A stretch of 62,449 nucleotides of DNA, the filler included. It is 3 parts of 3 records of this genome, joined end to end, with 100 filler letters (N's around TTAATTAATTAA, not from the genome) between each part and the next. Parts side by side here need not be neighbours in the genome. Positions count along the whole stretch, not along the records: positions 21,037 to 45,496 come from DRR723986_4694; 2 more parts are not named here. One strand, given 5' to 3'. Positions 30,578 through 40,008 of this stretch are shown here, piece by piece. The notes beneath the pieces were generated by a model. It ran no database searches and was not told where the DNA came from. It saw nothing but the letters and a program-made list of their open reading frames with translations. Within the stretch, counting starts at the first letter, position 1, and each line of letters starts with the position of its first letter. The position numbers and the translations under genes are program-made.

Positions 30578-32857
30578 TCAGTCTCCACCGCCGGAGGTGC
30601 CAACAGGGTCCGGCACGTTTGCAAGGTTCAGGATGCGCCCGCCGCAGGGGCGGCGGCACATGCCGTCAGAGCCTTCGATCGGGGTCGTTCCCGGATAGTC
30701 CGAGCAGAGGCCCGCACATTGCAGGTCCGTACGCGGATCGGTGGCGGCGAGCAGCTCTGACACAAGCTCGTCCGATGTGGCATCCGGGGCGCGGGCCTTC
30801 AGCAGTGCGAGCGCTGCCGAGACGTGTGGGGCCGCCATCGAAGTGCCCTGCTCATAGGCGTAGTAGCAATCCTGCACCGCTTCGCCGGTGACCGGGTCGT
30901 AGCAATCGGTCGAGGCCTTGGTGGAGAGGATACCGTCCGGGCGGGAGTCATTGTCGTCGTCCCGGGCCATTTCTCCGCCGGGGGCGAGAATGTCGACGCC
31001 GTCGCCGAAATTCGAATAGGCGGTGATCTCGCCGAGGGCGTTCCCGGCCGCAACGGAGATGACATTGTCACACCCGCCGGGGGCGTAATAGGCGGTGTCG
31101 ATACGGGCGTTGCCAGCTGCGGAGACGACGACTGCGCCGCGGTCGGTCACCGAGTCGATCGCATCCTGCAGCGAGGCCGGGCAGTATTCGAACAGGCCGA
31201 TCGACAAATTGATGATGTCGGCCGGATTGTCGTTCCAGACTTCGCTGCCGTCCTCGCCTTCGGCCGGGATGAGGCCGGCGGCCCAGCGGATGGCATCATT
31301 GATGTCGGACAGGCGCCCGCCGCATTTGCCGAGGGCGCGGACCGGCACGATCTTCACGTTCCATGCGCCGCCTGCAACGCCTGCGCCATTGTTGGAGGCA
31401 GCGGCGCCGATGGTGCCGGCGACATGTGTGCCGTGGAAGGAGTCAGCAGAACCCGGAACGGCTGGATTACACAGATCACCCGGATCGTTCGGATCGGAAT
31501 CCCGTCCATCCCCGTCATTGCCCATACGTGGATCGGAGACCATGTCCCAGCCCGGTGCAATATTGGCCGAAGCGGCAATGTCCGGATGGGTCATCTGCAG
31601 GCCGGTATCGACCACGGCGACGACGACATCGGAGGAGCCTTCGATGCCCTGTTTTGTCCAGAACTCCTGGAAGCCTGCGCCGCCCAGCGACTGGCCTTCA
31701 CCGGAGCCTCTTGGTTTCATGTCCCATTGCAGGTCCCAGAGCGGATCGTTCGGGGTCACTTCCACTTTCACCGGCGTGGTGGAGCCGGTCGTGGGGGTAA
31801 CGCCGCCCGAGGTCGATGGAGAGCCTTCTGGCGGACGGCGCACGAACTGGTTCTCGAAGATGAAGTCCTTCTCGACATATTCGAACTGGCCTGAGGCGCG
31901 CAGGTCATCGACGAAGCAATTCGTTGCGAGCACCGGGTCCGCCTCGATCGCTTCCAGATCGTTCGGGTCAGGACATCCGGTGCCTTCGTCGATCGCAAGG
32001 AAGCTCAATGACGGATCCTTGGCATCTTCCGGTGAAAAGAGGGTCGGCCCGGCGCCGGCCACCTGGATCACCATCTGGCCTTCGCGCGACAGGGTCACTT
32101 CGGCGTTCATCTTGTACTTTGCCAATGTGTCCAGCATCACGGCATTGGCATCGCGCTGCGCGACGATGGCATCGCGGGTCACGAGCGAACGGCGGGCGAT
32201 CTTGCGCGCGGCCATCTGTTCCTCGACCGGGGCAGATTCCAGCGAGCGGGGCTGCAGCGAGCGGGTTCTCTTGACCGGGGCGGGCTGGACTTCCGCCCGT
32301 GTCTCCATCGCCTGAGTCGCTTCCTCGACCCGCTGCAGGGACTGCTCACGCGCTTTCGGGTCAAGCTTTACACGCGGGGAGATCCCCACTTGCGGCTGGA
32401 ACATTTCCAGCGAGCGGGAGGCCGGGGCGCGGGCTCTCGAATCCGGGGCCGGGGCAGCCGCCACCGGCGCGTCCAGCGCCTCTTCCAAGGCAGCGTCATC
32501 TTCGATGTACAGCGCGTCGCCTTCGATTTCCGCCGCGGTTTCGGCAGGGGGGATGTCGGCCGGCTTCGCGATGACGGACAGGACGGCGAAGGCTGGCTTG
32601 TTTGTCGGCTGGCCGGAAATGTCGCTGATCACCTTGCCAGCGATGGCACGGGCCTCCACCGGCACGGACCGCATCGGATCCTTCTTGTCGGCCTGATCGA
32701 CGATGGTCTCGCCGGTAATCTGCTTGAGGGAGGCATCTGCGATCTCCCGGGCGCGTTCGAGCCGTTCGCTCTGGCGGTCGCAAGCCGAGACGAGCAGCAG
32801 GCTGGCCAGCGCTGCCCCGAACAGGAGACGAGCTGATTTGGTGGACTGGTTCGACAT
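30578..32857 (-). CDS. S8 (subtilisin-family) serine protease lipoprotein
   Basis: Lipobox VSAC; catalytic triad VAVVDTG, HGTHVAG, GTSMAAPHV; oxyanion AAGN; start ATG 32857 (TTG/ATG upstream possible). Confidence 0.92.
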   Translation of the reverse strand: MSNQSTKSARLLFGAALASLLLVSACDRQSERLERAREIADASLKQITGETIVDQADKKDPMRSVPVEARAIAGKVISDISGQPTNKPAFAVLSVIAKPADIPPAETAAEIEGDALYIEDDAALEEALDAPVAAAPAPDSRARAPASRSLEMFQPQVGISPRVKLDPKAREQSLQRVEEATQAMETRAEVQPAPVKRTRSLQPRSLESAPVEEQMAARKIARRSLVTRDAIVAQRDANAVMLDTLAKYKMNAEVTLSREGQMVIQVAGAGPTLFSPEDAKDPSLSFLAIDEGTGCPDPNDLEAIEADPVLATNCFVDDLRASGQFEYVEKDFIFENQFVRRPPEGSPSTSGGVTPTTGSTTPVKVEVTPNDPLWDLQWDMKPRGSGEGQSLGGAGFQEFWTKQGIEGSSDVVVAVVDTGLQMTHPDIAASANIAPGWDMVSDPRMGNDGDGRDSDPNDPGDLCNPAVPGSADSFHGTHVAGTIGAAASNNGAGVAGGAWNVKIVPVRALGKCGGRLSDINDAIRWAAGLIPAEGEDGSEVWNDNPADIINLSIGLFEYCPASLQDAIDSVTDRGAVVVSAAGNARIDTAYYAPGGCDNVISVAAGNALGEITAYSNFGDGVDILAPGGEMARDDDNDSRPDGILSTKASTDCYDPVTGEAVQDCYYAYEQGTSMAAPHVSAALALLKARAPDATSDELVSELLAATDPRTDLQCAGLCSDYPGTTPIEGSDGMCRRPCGGRILNLANVPDPVGTSGGGD

Positions 32858-33082
32858 GAGAACGTTCCCCGTGAATTTCTCAAACAACATACCAGCCTGC
32901 CTAAATTAACCCTGTGGAAAGATTATGACGCCGTTTCCGTCCTGTCCAATCCAAAGGCATTTATTGGCAGGCCAATGTGGCGAATGATCGTCCCGCAGGC
33001 CGCCTGGCTGACCCCGGGTGATGAGCCCGCCAGATCGTTTTCCTGTCTGGACAAGCCCGATGACGCGGCAGATGAAGAGAGA

Positions 33083-34360
33083 ATGAGCGAGGGGAGCAAG
33101 GAGCCGCCAGACCTGTCGCGCCCGGACCGCCGTGGCGCGTTTTTCCTGTTGTTCTTCTGCCTGATGGCCATCGGCGCCGGCAACACGATGCTGATCGCTG
33201 CTGTGCTGCCACCGCTTTCGCGCGAAGTCGGCCTGCCGGACTGGATGGCCGGGGCCGTGTTTGCCCTCTCGGCCTTCTTCTGGTCGGCCTTTTCCCCGGT
33301 CTGGGGGAAACAGTCGAACCGGATCGGACGGCGGCCCATCGCGGCGCTGGGCCTGGCCGGGTATTCGGTCTCCATGCTGCTGCTCTACCTGTCCGGCCTT
33401 GCGGCCATGACGGGTGCGATCACCAGCACGCTGCTGATCTTCGCATGCCTAGCCATTTCAAGGTCCTTCTTCGGCATTTTCGGTTCGGGCACGAACCCGG
33501 CGGCGCAGGCCTATGTCGCCGACCGGACGAGCCAGGCCGAGCGGCGCGACGAGATCGCCTTCATTTCCTCGGGTTTCAGCGTTGGCACCGTGGTGGGCCC
33601 GGCCTTCGCGGCAGCGCTGGTCGCAACGGCAGGGATCCTCAGCCCGCTTCTGCTGACGGCGGTGATCGCTGCGATCATGGCGGCGCTCATCTGGTTCCGC
33701 CTGCCGGAACAGCGCGAGCCGATCACGGATGCCACGCATCTGGATATGGAGACCAATGCCCGGGGGCTCTGGCATTCGCGGGATGTGATGCCCTTCCTCG
33801 TCTTTGCGGTCTGCCTGTCGCTGGCAACCGGTATCCTGACGCAGGTCTTCGTCTTTTCGGTGATGGACAAGCTGAATGTCGGCGGGCCGCAGGCGGCGCA
33901 ATATACCGGGCCGGCCTTCACCGTTGGCGCGATGGCGGTGCTTCTGGCGCAGCTCGTGCTGATTCCGCGCATGAAGATGCGCAACAAGACCCTGATGGTC
34001 GTCGGCTGTGTGCCGCTGGTCCTCGGCGCGCTGCTGATGATCCTGGCGAAGGATTTTGCGACGCTTGTGATGGTGCAGTTCCTGTTGGGGCTCGGGCAGG
34101 GGCTCGCCCGGCCGGGTTTCTCCAGCGGTGCTTCGCTGGCGGTGTCGCCCCAGCTGCAGGGCAATGTCGCCGGCCTTGTCATTTCGGCGAACGGGATGGG
34201 CTATATCGTGACGCCCTTCTTCGGCCTGTTCGTCTACCAGTATGTCGGCGCGAACATCCCGTTCATGATCGCGGCTGGTCTGCTGGTGTTCATGGCGCTC
34301 TATGCCTGGTTCGCCCTGCGCGACGGCGTGGGCGAATTCGACCCCGACGAAGACCTCTGA
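33083..34360 (+). CDS. MFS transporter (DHA1/TetA-like)
   Basis: 12 TM; WGKQSNRIGRRP motif A; AQAYVADRT. Confidence 0.88.
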   Translation: MSEGSKEPPDLSRPDRRGAFFLLFFCLMAIGAGNTMLIAAVLPPLSREVGLPDWMAGAVFALSAFFWSAFSPVWGKQSNRIGRRPIAALGLAGYSVSMLLLYLSGLAAMTGAITSTLLIFACLAISRSFFGIFGSGTNPAAQAYVADRTSQAERRDEIAFISSGFSVGTVVGPAFAAALVATAGILSPLLLTAVIAAIMAALIWFRLPEQREPITDATHLDMETNARGLWHSRDVMPFLVFAVCLSLATGILTQVFVFSVMDKLNVGGPQAAQYTGPAFTVGAMAVLLAQLVLIPRMKMRNKTLMVVGCVPLVLGALLMILAKDFATLVMVQFLLGLGQGLARPGFSSGASLAVSPQLQGNVAGLVISANGMGYIVTPFFGLFVYQYVGANIPFMIAAGLLVFMALYAWFALRDGVGEFDPDEDL

Positions 34361-34364
34361 GGGC

Positions 34365-35711
34365 CTAGTTGGTCGAGGCTGTGCCGACGGTCTGGCTTGT
34401 GAGCAGCGTCAGCATGCCTTTGGTCGGATAACCGTCTGCCACGACGCCTTGCGACTTCTGGAAGCCCTGCAGCGCGGTACGGGTCTTGCGGCCCGGAATG
34501 CCGTCCACCACGCCCGCATCGAAGCCGCGAGAATTGAGGTTGGCCTGCAGAACCTTGATCTCGGCCACGGTCAGCGGCTCGATGTCCGTCGGCCAGACGG
34601 CGACCGGTACTTTCTTGCCGGTGAAGGCATCGCCCGACAGGCCGACCGCGAGGGCGTAGGAGTCGGCATTGTTGTATCGCTTGAACACCTTGAAATTGTT
34701 GAAAATAAGGTATTTCGGCCCGGTCGCGCCGGCGGGCAGCCAGAGTTCGGCATATTCGGCGCCGCCGGTGTCGAAGTCGCCGCCGCGGATCGGAATGATG
34801 CCATAGCCGCGCCAGGTATCCATCCGGCGCTCGTTTCCGTCTGCCAGCGAGAAGTCGAACCCGGTCGGCACGATCACCTCGATGCCCCAGGGCTGGCCGG
34901 GCGACCAGCCGGAAGATTTCAGGTAATTGGCGGCCGAGGCGAGGGCGTCGCCCTCATTCTTCCAGACATCCTTTTCGCCGTCGCCGTCGAAATCCTGTGC
35001 ATAGGCATAATAGGTCGACGGCATGAACTGGGTCTGGCCCATGGCCCCGGCCCAGCCGGCGATCAGGTCATCCCGGTGGGCATCGCCGCGTTCGACGATT
35101 TTCATCAGGGTCAGCAATTCGCCTTCGGCAAAGGATTTGCGGCGGCCTTCCACGGCCATGTTGGCCAGCGTGTTCGGGCCGTCGAAATTGCCGATGACCG
35201 CGCCAAAGGAAGATTCCATCCCCCAGATGGCGGCGATGTATTCGGCATCGACACCGTATTTGGCCTCGATAGCATCGAACAGGTCGGCTTCATTCTGAAG
35301 GTGGGACGCGCCATTCGACACGCGGCTGCTGCCGAGCGGGACTTTCAGATAGTCCCAGATCGGCTTTGCGAATTCGGCCTGGTCGCCGATGCCGACGGCC
35401 GCCGCCTGGAAGGACGAGCCGAGGTAAAGGTCCAGCGGCTTGATGTTCTCCAGGAAGGATTTGACGATGGCCCGATCATGACCCGCAGCGACGGCGCGGG
35501 CGGAAAAATCCGCGCGCCAGGCATCCATGTCACTGTTTCCAGTGGGTTTGTAGCTGATCGGCCCGGAGTCGGGCGCCGGCTGGCTGGGTGCTGGCGGCGG
35601 AACGGACGGCGCACCGGGCGAAGCCTGCGGACTGTGGGCGCAGGAAACCAGCAGGCCGGCCAGAATTGCCGCACCGGCGATATGCGAGCGCGCGATCGCG
35701 TAGCGTGCCAC
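34365..35711 (-). CDS. lytic murein transglycosylase (MltB-like) lipoprotein with PG-binding domain
   Basis: Lipobox LVSC, AIWGMESSFG, WAGAMGQTQFMP, YNNADSY, DGIPGRKT; GTG start 35711 after AGGAG. Confidence 0.9.
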   Translation of the reverse strand: MARYAIARSHIAGAAILAGLLVSCAHSPQASPGAPSVPPPAPSQPAPDSGPISYKPTGNSDMDAWRADFSARAVAAGHDRAIVKSFLENIKPLDLYLGSSFQAAAVGIGDQAEFAKPIWDYLKVPLGSSRVSNGASHLQNEADLFDAIEAKYGVDAEYIAAIWGMESSFGAVIGNFDGPNTLANMAVEGRRKSFAEGELLTLMKIVERGDAHRDDLIAGWAGAMGQTQFMPSTYYAYAQDFDGDGEKDVWKNEGDALASAANYLKSSGWSPGQPWGIEVIVPTGFDFSLADGNERRMDTWRGYGIIPIRGGDFDTGGAEYAELWLPAGATGPKYLIFNNFKVFKRYNNADSYALAVGLSGDAFTGKKVPVAVWPTDIEPLTVAEIKVLQANLNSRGFDAGVVDGIPGRKTRTALQGFQKSQGVVADGYPTKGMLTLLTSQTVGTASTN

Positions 35712-35822
35712 TTGATATGCTCCTGAAAACAGCCGCGCATGACAGCGCGTGTCCTTGACTCTGATGACCGGATTCATTACTCGCACCGCTTTCCAATTCC
35801 TTATGACCCACGGGGCCATCCC

Positions 35823-35948
35823 ATGAAAGTCCGTTCGTCTCTCAAATCGCTCAAGTCGCGTCACCGCGATTGCAAGGTCGTGCGCCGCAAGGGCAAGGTC
35901 TATGTGATCAACAAGACCGATCCCCGCTTCAAAGCAAAGCAAGGCTGA
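35823..35948 (+). CDS. rpmJ: 50S ribosomal protein L36 (type B, Zn-independent)
   Basis: [41 protein letters not shown]. Confidence 0.96.
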   Translation: MKVRSSLKSLKSRHRDCKVVRRKGKVYVINKTDPRFKAKQG

Positions 35949-35979
35949 GCGGAACGTGAATGGGCAATAAGGCGGGAAA

Positions 35980-36588
35980 ATGACCGCCCGGATTGCTCTT
36001 TTCGATCTTGGACGGGTCGTGCTCGACTGGGAGCCGGCCCGTTTATATTCTCGCCTCCTGCCTGACGCGGAAGAGCGCGAGCGATTTCTCTCCGAAATCT
36101 GTACGATGGCCTGGCACACCCGCCACGACGCGGGCGTGAGCTTTGCCGACAACGCGCTGCCGCTGATCGCGCGATACCCACAATACGAAACTGAAATCCG
36201 GGCCTGGAGCGGCTGCTGGATGGAAATGTTCGACGGCTATATCGACGGCACGCCCGCCCTGATCGACCGCCTCGAGGAACGCGGCGTGCCGCTGTTCGCC
36301 CTCTCCAACATGCCGTCAGAACCCTGGCCGATGATGCAGGAGCATTTCCCCCTGCTGAAACGCTTCCGCCACACGGTCGTCTCCGGCGATATCGGCCTTG
36401 TAAAGCCGGACCCGGCGATCTTCGCGCATACGCTGGAGAAACTGGGCAGCCCGCCTCCGGGCGAGGTGTTTTTCATCGATGACAGCGAGAAGAACATCCA
36501 TGCCGCCGATACGCTCGGCTTCCGGACTCACCTGTTCCGCACCGCGGAAGGGCTGGAGACTGCCCTGGAGGCAGAAGGCCTTCTCTGA
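35980..36588 (+). CDS. HAD-family hydrolase
   Basis: FDLGRV, LSN, KPDPAIF, FIDDSEKN. Confidence 0.88.
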   Translation: MTARIALFDLGRVVLDWEPARLYSRLLPDAEERERFLSEICTMAWHTRHDAGVSFADNALPLIARYPQYETEIRAWSGCWMEMFDGYIDGTPALIDRLEERGVPLFALSNMPSEPWPMMQEHFPLLKRFRHTVVSGDIGLVKPDPAIFAHTLEKLGSPPPGEVFFIDDSEKNIHAADTLGFRTHLFRTAEGLETALEAEGLL

Positions 36589-36644
36589 CAGTCTGACAGA
36601 AAGAGGACATTGCCCGGCCGTATTGGACGGGTAGTATCGCACCC

Positions 36645-37181
36645 ATGCTGAGAGCCCTTCTCCTTGCCCTTGCTTTTTTGACTGCCAGCCTGCCCGCGCT
36701 GGCGGTGCCGACGGACGAGATGTTCGACAAGCTGAAGGCTGCGCCCAGCGAGAGCGAAGCCAATGACATCGCGCAGGACATCTGGGCGTCCTGGATGGAA
36801 TCGGGCTCGGCCACGGTGGACATGATCATGCAGCGCGGCGTTGAGGCGCAGATGATCGGTGACACCGAGACCGCGCGGACGTTTTACGACCGCGCCATCA
36901 TGATCAAGCCGGACAATCCGCAAGCCTGGTTCCGCCGCGCAGGGATCTTCCTGGCCGAAGAGAATTTCCCCGAAGCCCTGCGCGACCTGAACGAGACATT
37001 GAAGCTGGAGCCCCGCCATTTCGGGGCCTGGGCCGGGCTTGGCTCCATGTTCGAGACGATGGGCGCCAACGACCAGGCGCTGGAAGCCTGGCGTGAGGCT
37101 CTGGCAATCTATCCCTATATGCGGGACGGGCTGCAGGCGGAGAAACGCCTCGCCAAGATCGCCGAAGGGCAGGGGCTCTGA
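36645..37181 (+). CDS. exported TPR protein
   Basis: Signal peptide, TPR motifs, LEPRHFGAWAGLG. Confidence 0.82.
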   Translation: MLRALLLALAFLTASLPALAVPTDEMFDKLKAAPSESEANDIAQDIWASWMESGSATVDMIMQRGVEAQMIGDTETARTFYDRAIMIKPDNPQAWFRRAGIFLAEENFPEALRDLNETLKLEPRHFGAWAGLGSMFETMGANDQALEAWREALAIYPYMRDGLQAEKRLAKIAEGQGL

Positions 37182-37185
37182 GGCC

Positions 37186-38127
37186 TTGCTGACGGCTGCT
37201 GCCATCACGCTGGCAGGCCTTGGTGCCGCCGTGGGTTTTACTTCGGGTGCTTACACGTCCCGCATTCAAAAGGCGCATCCGGCGTCCGGGCGGCGGATCG
37301 AAGTCGGCGGCTATGGCGTGCACGTGCTGGAGGCCGGACAGGCTGGCCCGCCGGTCCTGATGATCCATGGTGCAAGCGCCAATGCGCGCGAATTCACATG
37401 GACGCTGGCGCCGAAACTGGAACAGGATTTCCGTGTGCTGATGGCTGACCGGCCGGGGCATGGCCATTCCCGCCGCCCGCCGGGGGCTGAGGCGCTGGGT
37501 GTGCAGGCCGCGCAGATGGCAGGCGTGCTGGAGAAGCTCGCGCCGGATGAGCAGGCGGTCGTCGTCGGCCATTCCTTTGGTGGCGCGGTGGCATTGCGCC
37601 TCGCGCTCGACCGGCCGGAGCTGGTCAAGGGCCTCGTCCTGCTGGCGCCGGTCACGCATGACTGGGGCGGGAACGGCCATGCCTGGTACAACCGTTTTGC
37701 CGCCTCGCGCCTGATCGGGCCGGCCTTCAGCCAGGTCGTGCCGCTGGTGGGCCCGGCGCAAGTTGGGGCGGGGATTGGCGGCGTGTTCGACCCGTCGCCC
37801 GCGCCGGAGGGCTATTTCGAGAAGTCCGGCATCGGCCTCCTGTTCCGCCCGCCCGCCTTCCGGGCCAATGCCCGCGACGTGCGCGTGCTGGACCGGGAAC
37901 TGGCCGCCCAGTCGAAGCGCTATGGCGAGCTGGCCATGCCGATCACGGTCTTCTCAGGTAGCAAGGACACGGTGATCACGCCCGCCAAACACACCGCCCG
38001 CCTGAAGAAGCAGGCCGACATTGATCTGGTCATCCTGCCGGAGGAAGGCCACATGCCTCACCACAATCACGGAGCCGATGTCGCCGATGCCATACGGCGT
38101 CTGGCCAGCTTGCCCGGGAGCCGCTAA
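37186..38127 (+). CDS. alpha/beta-fold hydrolase
   Basis: IHGAS, DRPGHG, GHSFGG nucleophile elbow, GHMPH; start codon uncertain (TTG 37186 chosen). Confidence 0.85.
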   Translation: MLTAAAITLAGLGAAVGFTSGAYTSRIQKAHPASGRRIEVGGYGVHVLEAGQAGPPVLMIHGASANAREFTWTLAPKLEQDFRVLMADRPGHGHSRRPPGAEALGVQAAQMAGVLEKLAPDEQAVVVGHSFGGAVALRLALDRPELVKGLVLLAPVTHDWGGNGHAWYNRFAASRLIGPAFSQVVPLVGPAQVGAGIGGVFDPSPAPEGYFEKSGIGLLFRPPAFRANARDVRVLDRELAAQSKRYGELAMPITVFSGSKDTVITPAKHTARLKKQADIDLVILPEEGHMPHHNHGADVADAIRRLASLPGSR

Positions 38128-38192
38128 GACGCGGCTCCTTTTCCTTTCCAATTCCGATTCTGCCGCCCGCCGGCCAATAACTGGAGTTCCTC

Positions 38193-38453
38193 ATGGACGA
38201 CGCCCCGATCGAGAACCTCACCGAAGCCAGCCGCGAGAAACTGCGCCAGACGGTCGCCAAGATCGAGCGCCTGGAAGAAGAGAAGAAAGAGGTCGCCGAG
38301 CAGATCAAGGAGATCTATGCCGAGGCCAAGGCGTTCGGCTTCGACACCAAGGCGCTGCGCCAGGTGGTACGTCTGCGCAAGATCGACAAGTCCGATCGTG
38401 AAGAGCAGGAAATGATGCTCGAAACCTACCTCATCGCGCTCGGCGAAGCCTGA
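38193..38453 (+). CDS. gapR: nucleoid-associated protein GapR (DUF2312)
   Basis: IERLEEEKKEVAEQIKEIYAEAKAFGFDTKALRQVVRLRK ... Y..ALG. Confidence 0.88.
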   Translation: MDDAPIENLTEASREKLRQTVAKIERLEEEKKEVAEQIKEIYAEAKAFGFDTKALRQVVRLRKIDKSDREEQEMMLETYLIALGEA

Positions 38454-38491
38454 GGCTTTCTAGAACCCGCTGATCGGCTTAAACTGCGCCG

Positions 38492-39052
38492 ATGGGCCGG
38501 GATGTCGACGAACGGAAGAAGCGAGCCGCGCTGCGCAAACTGCGCAAGGCGGCCGAGCTTGCCGAACAGGGCAAGGGTCCGCCTCTGTCCGACTGGGAAC
38601 GAGAGTTCCTGGAAGAAGTCGAAGAGCGGATCGAGAAATACGGTTCGGCCTTTGCCGATCCGATGAAGGGCGATGAGGGCGAGGCGCTCTCCGCCCTGCA
38701 GCAGCTGAAGCTGAAAGAGATCGACAAGAAAGCCCGTGGCAAGGCCCGCAAGGGCTTCAGCCAGAAATCCGCCTCCGGAAAGAAGACGCCGAAAGGCAGC
38801 TTTGCAAAGCGCGCCCCGCCGCGCGTGCGTCAGATCGATGACGATATCGAGGAGGACGTTGCGGATGAAGCTGTGAAGACGCCGCCGCCTGCGCCGGTGC
38901 CTCGGGGCAAGCCCGTGTTGAAGACGGTTCCAAAAAACGAATCGTCTGAACCGGTCCCTGATGCGTACAAGGACAACACGCCCGCACCGCGCCCCGCCGG
39001 GCGACCGGTTTTCCGCGTGATCGAAGGGGGCAAGACGGAGCCTGACACCTAG
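38492..39052 (+). CDS. hypothetical protein
   Basis: High-GC3 ORF; helical N-terminal half (LSDWEREFLEEVEERIEKYGSAF), Pro/Lys-rich tail. Confidence 0.7.
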   Translation: MGRDVDERKKRAALRKLRKAAELAEQGKGPPLSDWEREFLEEVEERIEKYGSAFADPMKGDEGEALSALQQLKLKEIDKKARGKARKGFSQKSASGKKTPKGSFAKRAPPRVRQIDDDIEEDVADEAVKTPPPAPVPRGKPVLKTVPKNESSEPVPDAYKDNTPAPRPAGRPVFRVIEGGKTEPDT

Positions 39053-39075
39053 CTCCGTATTCTGGGAGCAAGGCC

Positions 39076-39930
39076 ATGAAGACTGTCGTCATTACAGGTG
39101 CCTCCACAGGGATCGGGGCAGGGGCTGCACGGTACCTGGCCGCAGAAGGCTGGCGTGTCTTTGCGGGCGTGCGCAAGCATGCTGATGGTGAAATGCTGAA
39201 GGTGAAGGCGACAGGAGACCTGCGCCCGGTCATCCTTGATGTGACAAAACCTGACCAGGTGGCACAGGCCGTGGAGACAGTTTCGGCTGCGCTGGCGGGC
39301 GAGCGCCTGGCGGGTCTCGTCAACAATGCGGGCATCGCGAAGATGGGCCCACTGGCGATCCAGCCGATGGAGGATTTCCGCGCGCATTTCGAGGTCAATG
39401 TGTTCGGCCTTCTGGCCATGACGCAGGCCTTCGTACCGCTGCTGGGGTCGGATCCCGCGCGTACAGGACCAGCCGGCCGCATCGTCAACATCACCAGCGT
39501 CGGCGGACGGCTCTCTTCGCCCTTCCTCGGGGCCTATACGGCCACCAAGCACGCGGTGGAGGCGATGACGGATACGCTGCGCCGCGAACTCGTTATCTAT
39601 GGCATCGATGCGATCGCCATCGGGCCGGGCTCTGTGAAGACGCCGATCTGGGACAAGGCTGAGCAGGACAACACGGAAGGTCCCTATGCGTCCAGTGATT
39701 GGAGCGAGTCCCTGAAACAGTTCGAGCAGGTCATGCTGTCCGGCGGGCGCTCCGGCCTGACGCCGGAGGAAATTGCCGGCTACATCGAAACCGCACTTGC
39801 CGCAGACAAGCCGAAAGCGCGCTACGCCCCGGTGCCGGACAAGCTGACCAATTGGACCATTCCGACCCGTCTGCCCAAGCGGATGCTGGATGGCATTTTC
39901 TGGAAACGCTTCGGATTGAAAAAATCGTGA
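39076..39930 (+). CDS. short-chain dehydrogenase/reductase
   Basis: TGASTGIG, NNAG, YTATK. Confidence 0.9.
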   Translation: MKTVVITGASTGIGAGAARYLAAEGWRVFAGVRKHADGEMLKVKATGDLRPVILDVTKPDQVAQAVETVSAALAGERLAGLVNNAGIAKMGPLAIQPMEDFRAHFEVNVFGLLAMTQAFVPLLGSDPARTGPAGRIVNITSVGGRLSSPFLGAYTATKHAVEAMTDTLRRELVIYGIDAIAIGPGSVKTPIWDKAEQDNTEGPYASSDWSESLKQFEQVMLSGGRSGLTPEEIAGYIETALAADKPKARYAPVPDKLTNWTIPTRLPKRMLDGIFWKRFGLKKS

Positions 39931-40008
39931 CGCCCCTGTCAGGTTTCGCTTGACGGACCGCACGGAACCCCCGTGCATGATGCCTTTCACGATAAGGGAG
40001 GAAACATC

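Noticed and set aside
32895-32930. Possible CtrA box upstream of the S8 operon (TTAACCCTGTGGAAA)
   Set aside because: Only one good TTAA half-site; too weak without conservation data
35823-35948. Zn-independent L36 as a sign of zinc-starvation adaptation
   Set aside because: The type B form is the usual L36 in many Alphaproteobacteria
35712-36152. Apparent N-terminal extension of the lytic transglycosylase (595-aa ORF)
   Set aside because: Overlaps rpmJ and the HAD gene on the opposite strand; the signal peptide starts at GTG 35711
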